DNA from: Podarcis gaigeae
Lineage: Eukaryota
NCBI GenBank assembly: GCA_964106915.2
Contig: OZ066917.1
Direction: 5' to 3' (one strand)
DNA: 64,000 nucleotides
Position numbers and translations under genes: made by a program. Below, piece by piece: positions 23,705 to 36,300 of this stretch (position 1 is its first letter; every line of letters begins with the position of its first letter). The notes under the pieces are model-generated. The model ran no database searches. It worked only from the letters and a program-made list of their open reading frames with translations, and had not been told where the DNA came from.

Positions 23705-25332
23705 CAGGGGTCGGCAACCTGCGGCTCCGGAGCCGCATGCGGCTCTTTAACGCCTTTGCCGCGGCTCCGGGGTGGAGGCGAGGGGAGGAGGCGCATTTTC
23801 CTTTGTTCCCGCCCCAAGCCTCGCGCGCCCGAAGGGAGCTCCTGCCGGGCGCGCAAGGCTTGCAGACACTCGCCCGAAGCACGGGGAGCCCTCCGGAGGG
23901 CTCCCTGTGCTTTGGGCGGCAGGCTGCCGCCCCAAGCCTCGTGCGCCCGACGGGAGCTCCTGCCAGGCGCGCAAGGCTTGCAGACACTCGCCCGAAGCAC
24001 GGGGAGCCCTCCGGAGGGCTCCGCGTGCTTCGGGCAACAGGCTGCCGCCCCAAGCCTCGCGCGCCCGATGGGAGCTCCTGCCGGGCGCGCAAGGCTTGCA
24101 GACACTCGCCCGAAGCACGGGGAGCCCTCCGGAGGGCTCCCTGTGCTTCGGGCGGCAGGCTGCCGCCCCAAGCCTCGCGCGCCCGACGGGAGCTCCTGCC
24201 AGGCACGCAAGGCTTGCAGACACTCGCCCGAAGCACGGGGAGCCCTCCGGAGGGCTCCCTGTGCTTGGGGCGGCAGGCTGCCGCCCCAAGCCTCGCGCGC
24301 CCGACGGGAGCTCCTGCCGGGCGCGCAAGGCTTGCAGACACTCGCCCGAAGCACGGGGAGCCCTCCGGAGGGCTCCGCGTGCTTTGGGCGGCAGGCTGCC
24401 GCCCCAAGCCTCGCGCGCCCGACGGGAGCTCCTGCCGGGCGCGCAAGGCTTGCAGACACTCGCCCGAAGCACGGGGAGCCCTCCGGAGGGCTCCCTGTGC
24501 TTCGGGCAACAGGCTGCCGCCCCAAGCCTTGCGCGCCCGACGGGAGCTCCTGCCGGGCGCGCAAGGCTTGCAGACACTCGCCCGAAGCACGGGGAGCCCT
24601 CCGGAGGGCTCCCTGTGCTTCGGGCGGCAGGTTGCCGCCCCAAGCCTCGCGCGCCCGACGGGAGCTCCTGCCAGGTGCGCAAGGCTTGCAGACACTCGCC
24701 CGAAGCACGGGGAGCCCTCCGGAGGGCTCCGCGTGCTTCGGGCGGCAGGCTGCCGCCCCAAGCCTCGCGCGCCCGACGGGAGCTCCTGCCGGGCGCGCAA
24801 GGCTTGCAGACACTCGCCCGAAGCACGGGGAGCCCTCCGGAGGGCTCCCTGTGCTTCGGGCAACAGGCTGCCGCCCCAAGCCTTGCGCGCCCGACGGGAG
24901 CTCCTGCCGGGCGCGCAAGGCTTGCAGACACTCGCCTGAAGCACGGGGAGCCCTCCGGAGGGCTCCCTGTGCTTCGGGCAACAGGCTGCCGCCCCAACAG
25001 GCAGCCGCTGGCTGATTTGCTGCTATTGCTTTGCAATTTGCAGCTACTGTTTTGAAGGGGAGTGAAGAACACACACTCAAAAAAAGGTAACTTGTTAATA
25101 TAACGTTTATTTCTATGAGGAGGAGTAATTCTGAGGGGTCAAACAAAAAATAATTAAAAAGTGTCAAAAAAGTTATTTTTATAATGACGAGGATAACATT
25201 GGGCTAAGAAACAATGTATGCAGTGTTATATTTGTTTTAAATGTCGCAATGGTTTTGCGGCTCCCAGTTGTTGTTTTTTCTTCGGAAACGGGTCCAAGTG
25301 GCTCTTTTTGTCTTAAAGGTTGCAGACCCCTG
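23705..25332. mobile_element. Non-autonomous hAT-type DNA transposon carrying an internal minisatellite
   Basis: 16-bp TIR CAGGGGTC(G/T)GCAACCT with 1 mismatch, perfect 8-bp TSD TCCTGGGC (23697-23704 / 25333-25340), no transposase ORF. Confidence 0.92.
23809..24997. repeat. GC-rich tandem array, 10 x 118 bp, each unit holding two palindromes
   Basis: The anchor CCCCAA recurs every 118 nt (AA at 23816, 23934 ... 24996). Palindrome centres are GAGCTC and TCCGGA. Confidence 0.95.
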
Positions 25333-28300
25333 TCCTGGGCAGTAGCTAGTAGCCATCAGTCATCAAAAGCAACCAATGCTTATCTAAACTACACCTTCTG
25401 GCTATCAGTGCTCATTGAGCGAACATCTACAGAATCCTAGAGAAAAAGTCACCTCTGCAATTGACGGTCATAAAATACAGGGTCTGTGCATTTCAAGTGA
25501 AATATCCTGTGATGAGGATCAGTTATTAAATGATCCTCATTCATCACCCTAAGCAATACAGACCACAAATAGAAACATGTGCATTGGATAAAGCAGAGGT
25601 GGATTTAGGGGAGCACCACCGATTCAGTCACACTGGGCACAGAGCCTCAGGGGCTCTGCAACTATGATGTAGAACAGAAGGTGAGAGGTGGGGGGATCCG
25701 GATTTTGGAGCTGCACAGGGTGCCAGAGAAATTTGAGACACCCCCCCCCCAGGTCTGCCATTGCAGACAGGGGCTTACAGAACAAGCACTTCCAAGCACT
25801 GCCCTGATTTTTTAAAAAAATAAATAATGTAAATGATAAACATTTTCATCTTAAGAATTACAGAACAGATCCTGCTCCTTGTTCAAATGCAGTGGCTAAG
25901 CACCGGCTGTGTGTGCAAAATATCTGAAAGCTGCGAAGGAGAGGCAAACTGGCCTTGCTACTTGAAATGGAAAAGTGGGATTTGAAGTGGACAGGCTGGC
26001 ATTATTTCTGGCGCAGGAGTGCAGCAATTATCTCAGCTCCATCCCCTAATGAATGGCACAGCAGCTGCAGAGGCTTGAGGATTCCGCAGAGAGGCCAAGA
26101 CGGAAGCCACTCGAAGCATGGAAGCCGCCAGAATATCCTGAAAGCCGTATTTCATGCATTTGGATTTGTGGCAATTCTGCTCTGTGGGCTCAAAGCAGGT
26201 AAAACACTTTATGGATTTATTTATAACTTTTGTATGCCATCCCGTGACATAAATGTTCTCAGGATGGCTTACAGTAGATAAGTAAAAAATACAATGCAAT
26301 TTCGTTCCCAGGCGCATGGTGCCTGCAGCCGCTGTGGTGAGAGCCCAGGCATAGAAATAGACACAGGACATTGGTATTGGGTTGAAATAGGCCACAACTT
26401 TGATTGATTACAGATGTAAGTAGATTTTGCCCAAGGTATTAGGGATGTATCTGGTATCAAGCAACTCATCTGCTGGTTGATAAGTAGGGTTGGGTTGACT
26501 TTGACTGGGGGAGGGGATCCACCCCCTAACATGCACCAGGTGGTACGATCCCACCAGGGCCACCATTGGGAAGGGTGCTATTGACCCCATTGACCTGTGT
26601 ATGGATTGTTGGACAAAGACACACATTCCTGGACCCCTTTAACAGGGTACCTGATCACATAAATGTCCAACCCAATGCTATGAGATGGACAAAAGCCTGC
26701 AGACCAGCCAACTTGTTTGCAGGAGAAATTCTTCCCTAGCCCTGAATATGGTGACTGAATATACCATAGCAAATTCCTCACACTGCCCTGCCCACTTGCC
26801 TTTGAGCAGGAAACATACAGACTTGGTTGGTGGTTAATCCCATGGTGAACCCCTAAGAGCAAGGACCCCCAGATGTGGCCTTCAATTTATAGCACTGCAA
26901 CCCTGCACCCAATGTCCCCGGATTAGCCCATTCAAAGGGGCCTTTGCTGCCAAGGCTACTGTGGCTGGAGGAGGAGGAGGCGCTGAGGGTCCCACCCACA
27001 GCTGCGCATGAAGGAAAAATGGCCCCTGGTCCGGGCAGCGGCTGCGCTGAGCAGCAAACACTGCTTCCCCAGAACCGCAGATAAACAGAGACTGCAAAGT
27101 AAAATGTGAAAGCATTAAAAAAGGAGTGGGGAGCTACACAAATCCAACAGAATGGAACCTGACACTCCTCCGTATTAAAAACACAGATTAAAAAAGAACA
27201 ATCCCGAGAGGCTCAGGTTAGTTATTTTAAAGGCTTGAGTGAACTCCTGGCAGCAGGCAAGCTTTCCTGGGAAGGCTCTTCTATAAATGGGGTGCCACAT
27301 TGGCCTCTGGTTGGGGAGGTGGGAGTTGTAGTCCTGCAAGATCTGGAGGGACCACACTGGCTACCTCTGGTGTAAAGGGTTGTGCTGTTAGGGGATCTGG
27401 CTGTGTACGGGGCAATCTGGGCCCTGCAGAATTGTTGTGTAAACATCATTGCAGACACATGCTGTTTAAAGGGCTGCATCCTCTTCCTACACCCACAGGC
27501 CGCCTGCTGGCAATACCATATTGAGGTATGATTAAATGGCATTCAGAAATTCTGCTGAGCTCCTCGTGTTCTGCAGATATAGTTAATCCTCAAGGAATTT
27601 GTGAATGGAGTGTGCAAAATACATTTGACCTTTAAGTAAGCACTGATCGTATGTCTTGTTTTATGTTGTTGTTTTTTTAAATCACAATTTTCTACCCTGG
27701 CGACTGTAACTGTTACCTTGGCTGATTTTATATAACCCCACACTTTATTTCCCCCCTCTTCCTGCTTTTTGATTTTTCTGGTGAGTACAATTGAAAATGT
27801 CAGTGATGTAGCTCCAGTATCCTCCAGTAAGAGGAGGATTAGAGTTTTCCTGACAGAGAAGGGCAGAGGCGGGCGGGGATTACAACAGTGCATCTGACGT
27901 AAGAGAGGGCAGTTTATGATGCATCAGAGAGGATAACAATTATAGGAAAGCAGAAAAAGATGAGAAATGAATGGAATACATATTGCCAGGGAAAGCCAGC
28001 AATGTGTGTTGCAACAGTTTTTTCGGCAACCTCCCTGCTGTTCAGTGTTCTACACACGACTGAGCCCACCCTTATGCATTGCTACAGTGGAAGCAATACA
28101 CCTGATTTATGAAAGGAAGCCGGCTTTAGTAATTCAGTTACTCAGTTCTTAAGGCTTTGTGTTCCTCCCTCTGATGATATGTGGATAAATCTAGTTTTCC
28201 CTGCAGGATGCGGCATCGTACAACTGTAAGTTATCAAAAAAAGTATTTCAGGGTTTCTTTGTTTTTTTAAAAAAAAAATCTTATGAGCAAGAGGGTGATG

Positions 28301-28787
28301 TCAGGGGAATATTTCAGTAAGTGATTTAGGACTCAGTATACAACAGTACCATCTTTTTAATGTCTTATGCATAATGCCAGAAAAGCCTAATTAATATGGA
28401 AAAACCCAACACTGGCAGTAATTTTATTGGTACATGATGCACTCATATAAATTAATTAAATGTTGCTTAAATTTGGTGGGATATGTAGATACAAGGGAAT
28501 AGGAAGAGCTAACCAATTTTACACCTTGCCCAATATTCTCATGGTTTGTACAAATGCTAAATATGTAAGATAAGCAGAGCAGTCTCCATGTAGACTGTAT
28601 GCGAACTACATCAGGGGCTTTAAGAAATGTCTAACCAATGCCAAGATTAGCGGAGGTCTTGTTACTAACGTCAAAGAGTTGAATCAGGCCCTAATTGCCT
28701 GCTAAATGACCACAGAGACCAAAACACATCACAGCTTTAGTCGTCACATTGAACTCATGGAAAATCACACTGGTTTGTTGCTGTGAC

Positions 28788-28795
28788 TGACGTCA
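28788..28795. promoter_or_regulatory. Distal perfect CRE (TGACGTCA), candidate SIK1 enhancer
   Basis: The only perfect CRE I found outside the promoter; lies among CRE variants at 27895, 28296, 28666 and 28742. Confidence 0.5.
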
Positions 28796-30195
28796 TGCTT
28801 AACAGACTAGGGGGTTCTGTGTCCTTCTCAAAGGTGTTCTGTAAACTTGAAAGCTTGCATACTCCTATTACAGTCTACATTTCTTACAGCACAATCCTAC
28901 TTGTGTCGTCTCAGAAGTAAGTCCCATTGAGTTCAGTAGGTCTTACCCCCAAGGGAGTGTGAACAGAAGTGCAGCCTTATCAACTTCATCTCACACATTT
29001 TTTCCAGCTTAGTTGTGGATATGTCATGTTCATATAGTAATGATATTGTTTCGAGTTGGTGGGTGCCAGGGGTAATGAGTTCCAGACACCCATAATTCCT
29101 GGATTTCGTAAGTGTTAGAATTTAACCAATGCTTGGAGAACTAAAGTGGAAGTCAGTCTCTTAATAACTGGACTCAGATCTTCAAAAAGATGGGCCACTA
29201 GCAGAGAACAAAGGCAGGCATATGGGCTATCAGCAAAGCATAGGCTCTGTACCAGCCAGCAGATGGGGACAGCCCTTCCTGAACTATGAGATCACTAGTC
29301 ATAATACAATGCCAGAGTTTTTCTTAGGAGGAAGTTTTAGGGTTTTAGTTGGCTGTGGTGTAATCAGGCTTGAGGTACAGCGATATCTTACTTCCCCAGC
29401 CACATTCACCTGCACTTTACAAAAAATTGCATGGAAATTTAGAAGTGCACCCAGCAATTATATGCTTGTGAATATAGCTTTTCTGTCACTTCCAGTTTCA
29501 AATTATTGATCATGGTAATTGGCACGCTTTTCAAGGACTTACCGTATATGGAAATGGCCACACACGTTTCAAATTTCATGCCAGCTACTGGCATCTTTTA
29601 GTTTTTTCAACACTTTACTTTTCAAGTGTTGTTGCTATCTGTAGTTTAGCACATTACCGGCAAAATATAAGTGGTTTGAGTAGGTGTTATTGATGTCCAG
29701 TTGAGCTTGATCTAGGCCCTAGATTCTAGGGAATTGATGAAGGCCACAAGGCCAAGTACACCTACTTGGAAGTAGCCACAAGCAAATATGTACAGGAATT
29801 TAGTGTGAAACCTCTACTCCATTCCTGCACTGAAGTCATGAATTCTTAACGCTTTGCATCATCCTGGCACAAACCTCCTCTTTGAAGTTCTCTTTCGTTG
29901 CTAGCAGAGTGTTGCTGGCAATGCGTGTCTTTAGTAATGCCTTTGCCAATATGTAATCTCCTTCTTCAAAGCATCTACAGGGGACCACCTACTTACCAAA
30001 CAAAAATCCAGCTCATTGTCAATCAGCAATTTGTGGAGCGGTGACTCATATCTTTGACATTTTTGAGGGTTTCTAAATTAGCGTGATGGTACCTAAACTC
30101 TGCATTTCTCTCTTTGGTAAGATGAATTCAAACCTGTAAGCATTTGGGTGAAAATATTTCATCATTCCCTACCTGTAACTATACAACCTTTAGAA

Positions 30196-30313
30196 TACAT
30201 CTGAAGGCAGTCCTGTAAAGGGATGTTTTGAATGTTTGATGTTTTATTATGCTTCTGTTTATGCTGGAAGCTGCCCAGAGTGGTTGGGGCAACCCAGTCA
30301 GATGGGTGGGGTA
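30196..30313 (+). mobile_element. L2-type LINE 3' tail fragment
   Basis: catctgaaggcag...ggaagctgcccagagtgg...cagatggg matches 60680-60797. Confidence 0.7.
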
Positions 30314-30337
30314 TGATGATGATGATGATGATGATGA
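30313..30337. repeat. (ATG)n microsatellite at the L2 tail
   Basis: About 8 units. Confidence 0.9.
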
Positions 30338-33300
30338 CATCCTTCGCTAGCAAAACTCCTGTACAGGATTGCGCTCTAATTATACTAGTTGAAAACTCAG
30401 TCTATTTCTTCTCTTTTTTTCTGCTTGGTGGGCAGATAACATTATTACAGATGGATATTGACAAATCCTTTTTCACAAATCTGGGCTTATATACAGGATC
30501 AGGGACCATTCTTTCCATGCTTGTGCTTTGAGAATCAGTCCTGGTTGGTGCTCAGTAATTCCCCCCCCCCTTACATTTTTATTTTAACAGTTTAAAAAGT
30601 AAATTCCTTTAATGAAATCTCTCTGCCTTTGCCATTTGACCTAACACTGCCCTCCTTATTCATGTCAAGATGCACTTGTTTCTTCCTTCCTTCTCATCGC
30701 TTCCTTTCTTCTCATACTAATGTCCTCTTCTTTTTCCTTTATGCAGGTTTGGTCTCTCTCCCCACCCACCCTATCAGTGGTTTGAAAAATCTGTAATCAG
30801 TGCAGATGCCCAGTGCCTCCCCCATCCATTCCTGTTGCAAAAGGCTGAAACTGGTGTGGTAAGGGCCAAAGGGCAGTACATTGTGGAGATCTGTCCATCA
30901 ATTATCCTTGAGCTCCAAATTAGCCTCTCTTGAGACAGACAGATCCTTTGACTCTCCCAGCGAATGACTCTCCTTTGTGCATCCCTATACATCAGCCTTG
31001 AAACTGATCCAGTAATTTTATTTTTAAAAAAACAAATGCTAAACACCACACAGAAATGGAGTAAGAGTATGGAAGCAGCCTTGTAATAATAAGCCTCATT
31101 GCCTGTAACCACAGTAAGTTGAATATTGGCGAAGGTTTTTTTCCTTGCTATCTCTACCAAGAACTGATGGTGAACAGAGTAAAATAAACAATGATATCAG
31201 TTACCTCTTTCTGACCTAAATAAAGATGTTTAGCTATTTAAATCAAATCATGGTTGTTGTGTTTGGGTTTCTGTATGGCTGCACAACCATGCAACACTAT
31301 ATGAAAAACTGTAGAAAAAAATGGGTCACTTAGGGGTATGCTTGTTGCGCTGGCAAAATGTTTAGTGCCAGCAGAACTAATATTTGCATGAGAAAATGCT
31401 TAAGTAGGTTGCTGGTAACTTTGTTGCACAAACTATTGTGTAATGAGTTTTTGCTAACGCTACTGTTGCCCTGGATTTCACTGTTGCAGAATATTAAAAC
31501 TCACCGGTCTGCTAACGCAAGAACCCTTGTGCTAGCAGAGGACATTAGATACAGCCTAATATATATTGTATTTTGTATTTGGCAGTGATTGCTCTGATAG
31601 TAAGTGGGGAAGCCTGTGCAGGGGCTCAGAAAGTTCCAATGCTCAAAAAACAAAGCAGTTTGTGGCCGAACTTCTGTGAAGGGAGGGGAAATTGTTCATT
31701 TTGGTCGGGAAAAGATTAGTGGTGCGCTGAATTTTGGCTGCCTTTTCAACACTGAAGTTTCCATTTCATAAGCAGGTGAAGCCCAGATTGAAGAAGAAAC
31801 CACCTCCAGTGAACTATCACTTTTCATTAGCATCATTATAAAGCATGTAGAGTTTGGTAGGTGCTGTATATACTATTTAAAAAACAAAAACAAAAAAACC
31901 CACAGACAGTAATCTGTACCCAGTGTCTTACAATCTATGAATCCAATAGACACAAGACGAAAGGAAGAAGGATGGGGAGGAAAGGGGAAAACAATGAAAC
32001 TCAGGCACCGATTCTTAAAGTTATATAATTAGTCTCATGGTGACCAGTTTGAATGTAAACAGTTCAGGAAGGGAAGAAGGCAAATGGCCTCTCCATGGCA
32101 CCAGAGGAGATGGATCTGCTGTCCCCCACTGATGCAGCCAGGTGGAATGATGAATTATGGCAGTTACTAATTGGCACGTTTAGTCATCTTGTCCAACACT
32201 GCAATTTCCATAAGCTGTTTTTCTTTTAAATTTTGTTTTGGTTACTATTACTCTCACAGTGCTCCACCATTTCCAGCACTGCATTGTCATACTGCAGGAG
32301 CAGTGAGGACACCGTTTATTTTAAAAAGGTATAATCACAGATAATACATTTTTAACATGGGATACCCACTAAGCATAAGTAAACCTGTAAGGAAATGGTT
32401 GTCTCCCAAGACAAGGCAAAATTAAACATGATTCAAAGCTTTCTTCTAGCTTCTTGGTGTGACCTGCTTTTGAAATTATTTCTGCAGCATTCACCTTGGA
32501 TTATTTCCAAATGTAGGGGGATTTTTGTCCTGGGGCTGGGAGTTTGTCACTGTTTCTGCTTTTGCAACTTCCGCCCACCATTTATATGGTGTTCCCATGT
32601 GGTTTTTGGCAGGAAATTGGGCTGTGTTATAAAATGCTCGTTTATATTTTAGCAACCTCTTCAATAAGCATAAAAGGGGGTGGAGTTCTGAAATTTTTGA
32701 GGGGAGAGTGAAATTTTTCAAAGGTCTTGTGTAAGTGTATGTGTACCTTTACCACCAGCAGCCCCCCCCCCCCCACATTTCATTTACTTTAAATTATGCT
32801 GTTGCCTGTTGCAGTAGTGGAACACCTCTTCTCCCAGAAGGCCCCTGGAGCAAGGCTACATTCTCGCCTAGCATCATTCCAGGGGCATTTGGGCAGGGTG
32901 TGTGCATTTGAAATAATGGAGGCTGCCAGCTGCTGAAAGATGTTTTCCTGTTGCTGCTATGAAAATCTTAAGGCAGGGCTGGCCCACCCATGAGGCAAGG
33001 TGAGGTGACTGGTGCCTCAGGTGGCAAGATTCACAGGGGAAACTAATCTTGATGTAGATCTCTATCCCCCCCCCCCCCAGCCTCCTGATGCAGACCTTCA
33101 CTCACCCCTTCTTCCCTGGTGGGGAGGGGAGCAGCATTTTGTGGTTCCATGGAGTGTAAAGAATCCCACATTCCCTTGTTTTGCATGTAAATAGGGTGGA
33201 CACATGGAAACTAGCAAGAGTTCACCACCATTATAATTTGATCTTCAGGATGGCTGCCAAAAAACAGGAAGAGTGTATTTCACAGTAAGACTCGCTGGTG

Positions 33301-36300
33301 CCATGACAGTTTCTGTGTCAAGGAGGCAGTTGAGCAGGTTGATGAGAAAAATTCTCAATATCTGTTTGAGGAGCACCCACATGTTTTTCCAGTCCGACAT
33401 AGAAATGCCACAGTAGGCACTGGATGTGCAGTTTCTGCAGCAGTCACCTGAAGGAGGAAGCTTTCATTGTGGAGCATGAAGAAATCCCACCAATGGAGCT
33501 CCCTCCAACCTCCTGTAGCCCAAGCTGTGGGCAATTTGGTGCTTCCTTCTAGTTCATCCAATCCCAGGGTGACCACTACATTAATGACTGCCTTGTTTGA
33601 AGTCATGACATTTGCTCAGATCAGGAATCACCAGTTACTCTAAGAAAGCCCAAACAACTCCCTATGCTTAGGGGCATTTAATTTTTTTTTTGCAAACGCA
33701 AGAGACCAGCTTGTTTCTTCCAGAAAAGAAGCTCATACCTCTTGGGCCAGGGGTGGTAGGTGCATAGTAGTAGACAATGGGACAAATGTGATGAAGACTG
33801 CAAAGGATTTGGGGCTTGGACACAGTGACCTAGTCTTTAGGTCATTTAGTGGTAATCTCCCATTTGGCTTGATCAACCCAAGTGTCTCATCCAAGCGTTT
33901 GGCACAGCTGGCAGTATGTTTATCCAGAAAGGGAGCTGCCTTTCACATCCAATGTGGCCATGCTCTCATTCATTGGGAGCAAAAGGAACTGGAGCTTGGG
34001 TCACCAACTGCAGATGCAAGCACCTTCTTCTCTGTTGCCATGGATCAAGAAGAGGTCTCAGAGGAACTACAGAGAAAGGGTGAAGAAGAGCCAGAGGGAA
34101 GAGTAGAAACTGATTCAGAAGAAAAGAGGGAGGATGACATGGCTAGACAGACACAGACAAGCTACCAAGTGTTCAGTTATAACTTCTTTGGCAGTACTGG
34201 TTTGGCAGTAAAAAATACTTGCATGGGAACACACAAAGTAAACTAATTGGTACCTTTCTGACAGAAAAACGAATCCTTAATCATTATTTCCCCAAACCAC
34301 ATAATTATTAAAAACACCATAAATTATGTGGCTATTATATTGTATTATATTAATTACAGAATGATGATGACAATGTCCCAAGGAGAACTTTTATAAAGGG
34401 GAGCTACAAGGAGGCCTCTTGTAGGCATTATCTTTGTAAGTAAACAACACTATATGAACTTTCCCAAAAGCTCCCAAATCAAAGTTTTCATTTTGTTTTC
34501 TAAATGTTGTCTTGTTACTTTATAAGTATGAAAATAAGATTTATGCGGAGATAAATATGGTTTGGTTCTGCAGTTTTCTAAAGAATAAAAAGCTTTCCTT
34601 GGCATAAATAAAACTCAAAATCAAAAGGAAAGAAACATTGCAATCCTATACATATTTGCTTAGAAGTAGCCCAGCCCCCTCTTCAATAGGACTTACATCT
34701 GAGTAAATATAGGAGTGCAGTATGTCAGGTCATGTAACTTACATGTAAGTCAGTCACAAGTAAGTCTAGTACTTCAGTGTCTTGAAGCCAGTTCTTACAG
34801 GGCCCATGGGAGGATCTTCAGGTGTCCCTGTCTGTCTATGCCCCAGCTGGAGCACCTGCACATTCTATTACCTTTTCTCCTGTGATGGGTGAACTCCTCT
34901 GATCCCGCGTACTTGATTTGGAATTGTGAATCCCTTTCATGCTTCTGCTGAACATACAGAGGTGGGGGAGCAGGGAGACGTGACCAGTGGGGGCAGTCCT
35001 CCCCTCCCCGCAATGCATTCAGTCAGCATGCATGTGACCGGCATGCAAAATATGACGAAAGGGGGAGCAAAGGAAGCAGAACTGGGGTAAAGGTCTGGCC
35101 TAGAGAAATGATGCCATTTTGGCTGGACATGGGCAAACAAGAGAGGGAGCCAATGTGTATAGAGTTGCAAAGTCTAAAGTCTAGACCATGTTCGGGGAAT
35201 TCTGACGGCTGTGGCTTTTTATAACATCGCAGTGTTGTGACCTACCAACCCTAATGGGCAGAAAAGGATAAGGGGCATAGGTTGGGAGGAGGCATGGACT
35301 GAGTTTCAGAGATTATATGGAACTGGCCAGCCAGTTATTTGGCTGCAAGAATATTGTGATTATAGAATGGTTCAATCTTTATTTCACTTCATTAATTCCA
35401 TCAAAAAACCACCTCTATTTGTTTTGAGTCTGCAAACTCCCTTTCCTGCAGTTTCATATCTTCCTGTTGTAGCAATTCAGCCATTCCCAATCGGAAGTTA
35501 ATTTGTCCATACAATGTGCAAGCTAAACAGTACATGAACACAAAGCTGCCCCTTTCATTGAACAGGCAAGCACATTTGTGTAAGAACTTTATGCACACAC
35601 ATTGTCAGAATGCATACCCAGGGGTCTGCACAAGGGCAACTTTGTGGACTGATTCTATGCTGAACAGGTGAGAGTGATAAAGCATACACTGAGAAACTCT
35701 GCAAACTGCAATGTTGGGGGGAAGTCATGCTGACTCATTCCTACACAGATTTTAAAGTGGTACAGCAGATCTACAAGGCATTTTAAAAACAGAGAGGCAG
35801 GGGAAGGAGAATGTGTCTTAACTTTCAAAACTTCTATCACCAAAGTACTTGAAAACATCGTATTAATATTTAACTGGAACTGGCAGACAGAAAAGTGTGG
35901 GAACTTCTTTATTAAAAGTATCAATGTTGATGTAAATGGCATTGCAAACATCACAAGGATATCATAAACCCTGGGAGGTTTTAGACGAGAAGAATGGGTG
36001 AAACCTGACCTGCGTCAATCAAGCCCTAACATGTGTGCTACCTCCAGACTCATCTACCATGAACCACAGATGTGACAGAGACTGAGGTCTGGATATATCA
36101 GAATGTATAACTGGGAACCAAACACAGTCTCCACTCATGACTAGAAGCTGATGCAAAAGGGGAGGGGAAGTGGAAGAGTTTGGTGAACAGGCATAGGAGC
36201 AAAAAGGGAAGTGATCCCTGAACAGTACAACCATCACCTGTATACTCATACCAACCTGAGACTTCCTGTTGCTTGTGCAGTACTAGCACACAAGAGACAA

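Noticed and set aside
23809-24997. CRISPR-like array of palindromic repeats
   Set aside because: Units are head-to-tail with no unique spacers, there are no cas genes, and the context is vertebrate.
23611-25167. Six overlapping ORFs of 400-518 aa, on all frames of both strands
   Set aside because: They arise because the GC-rich palindromic 118-bp unit has almost no stop codons. The peptides are low-complexity repeats with no domain, inside a TIR/TSD-bounded element.
33788-34246. 152-aa ORF with an acidic stretch (EEVSEELQRKGEEEPE)
   Set aside because: A purine-rich tract with no recognisable domain or convincing exon structure. It may be a decayed transposon, but I cannot support a call.
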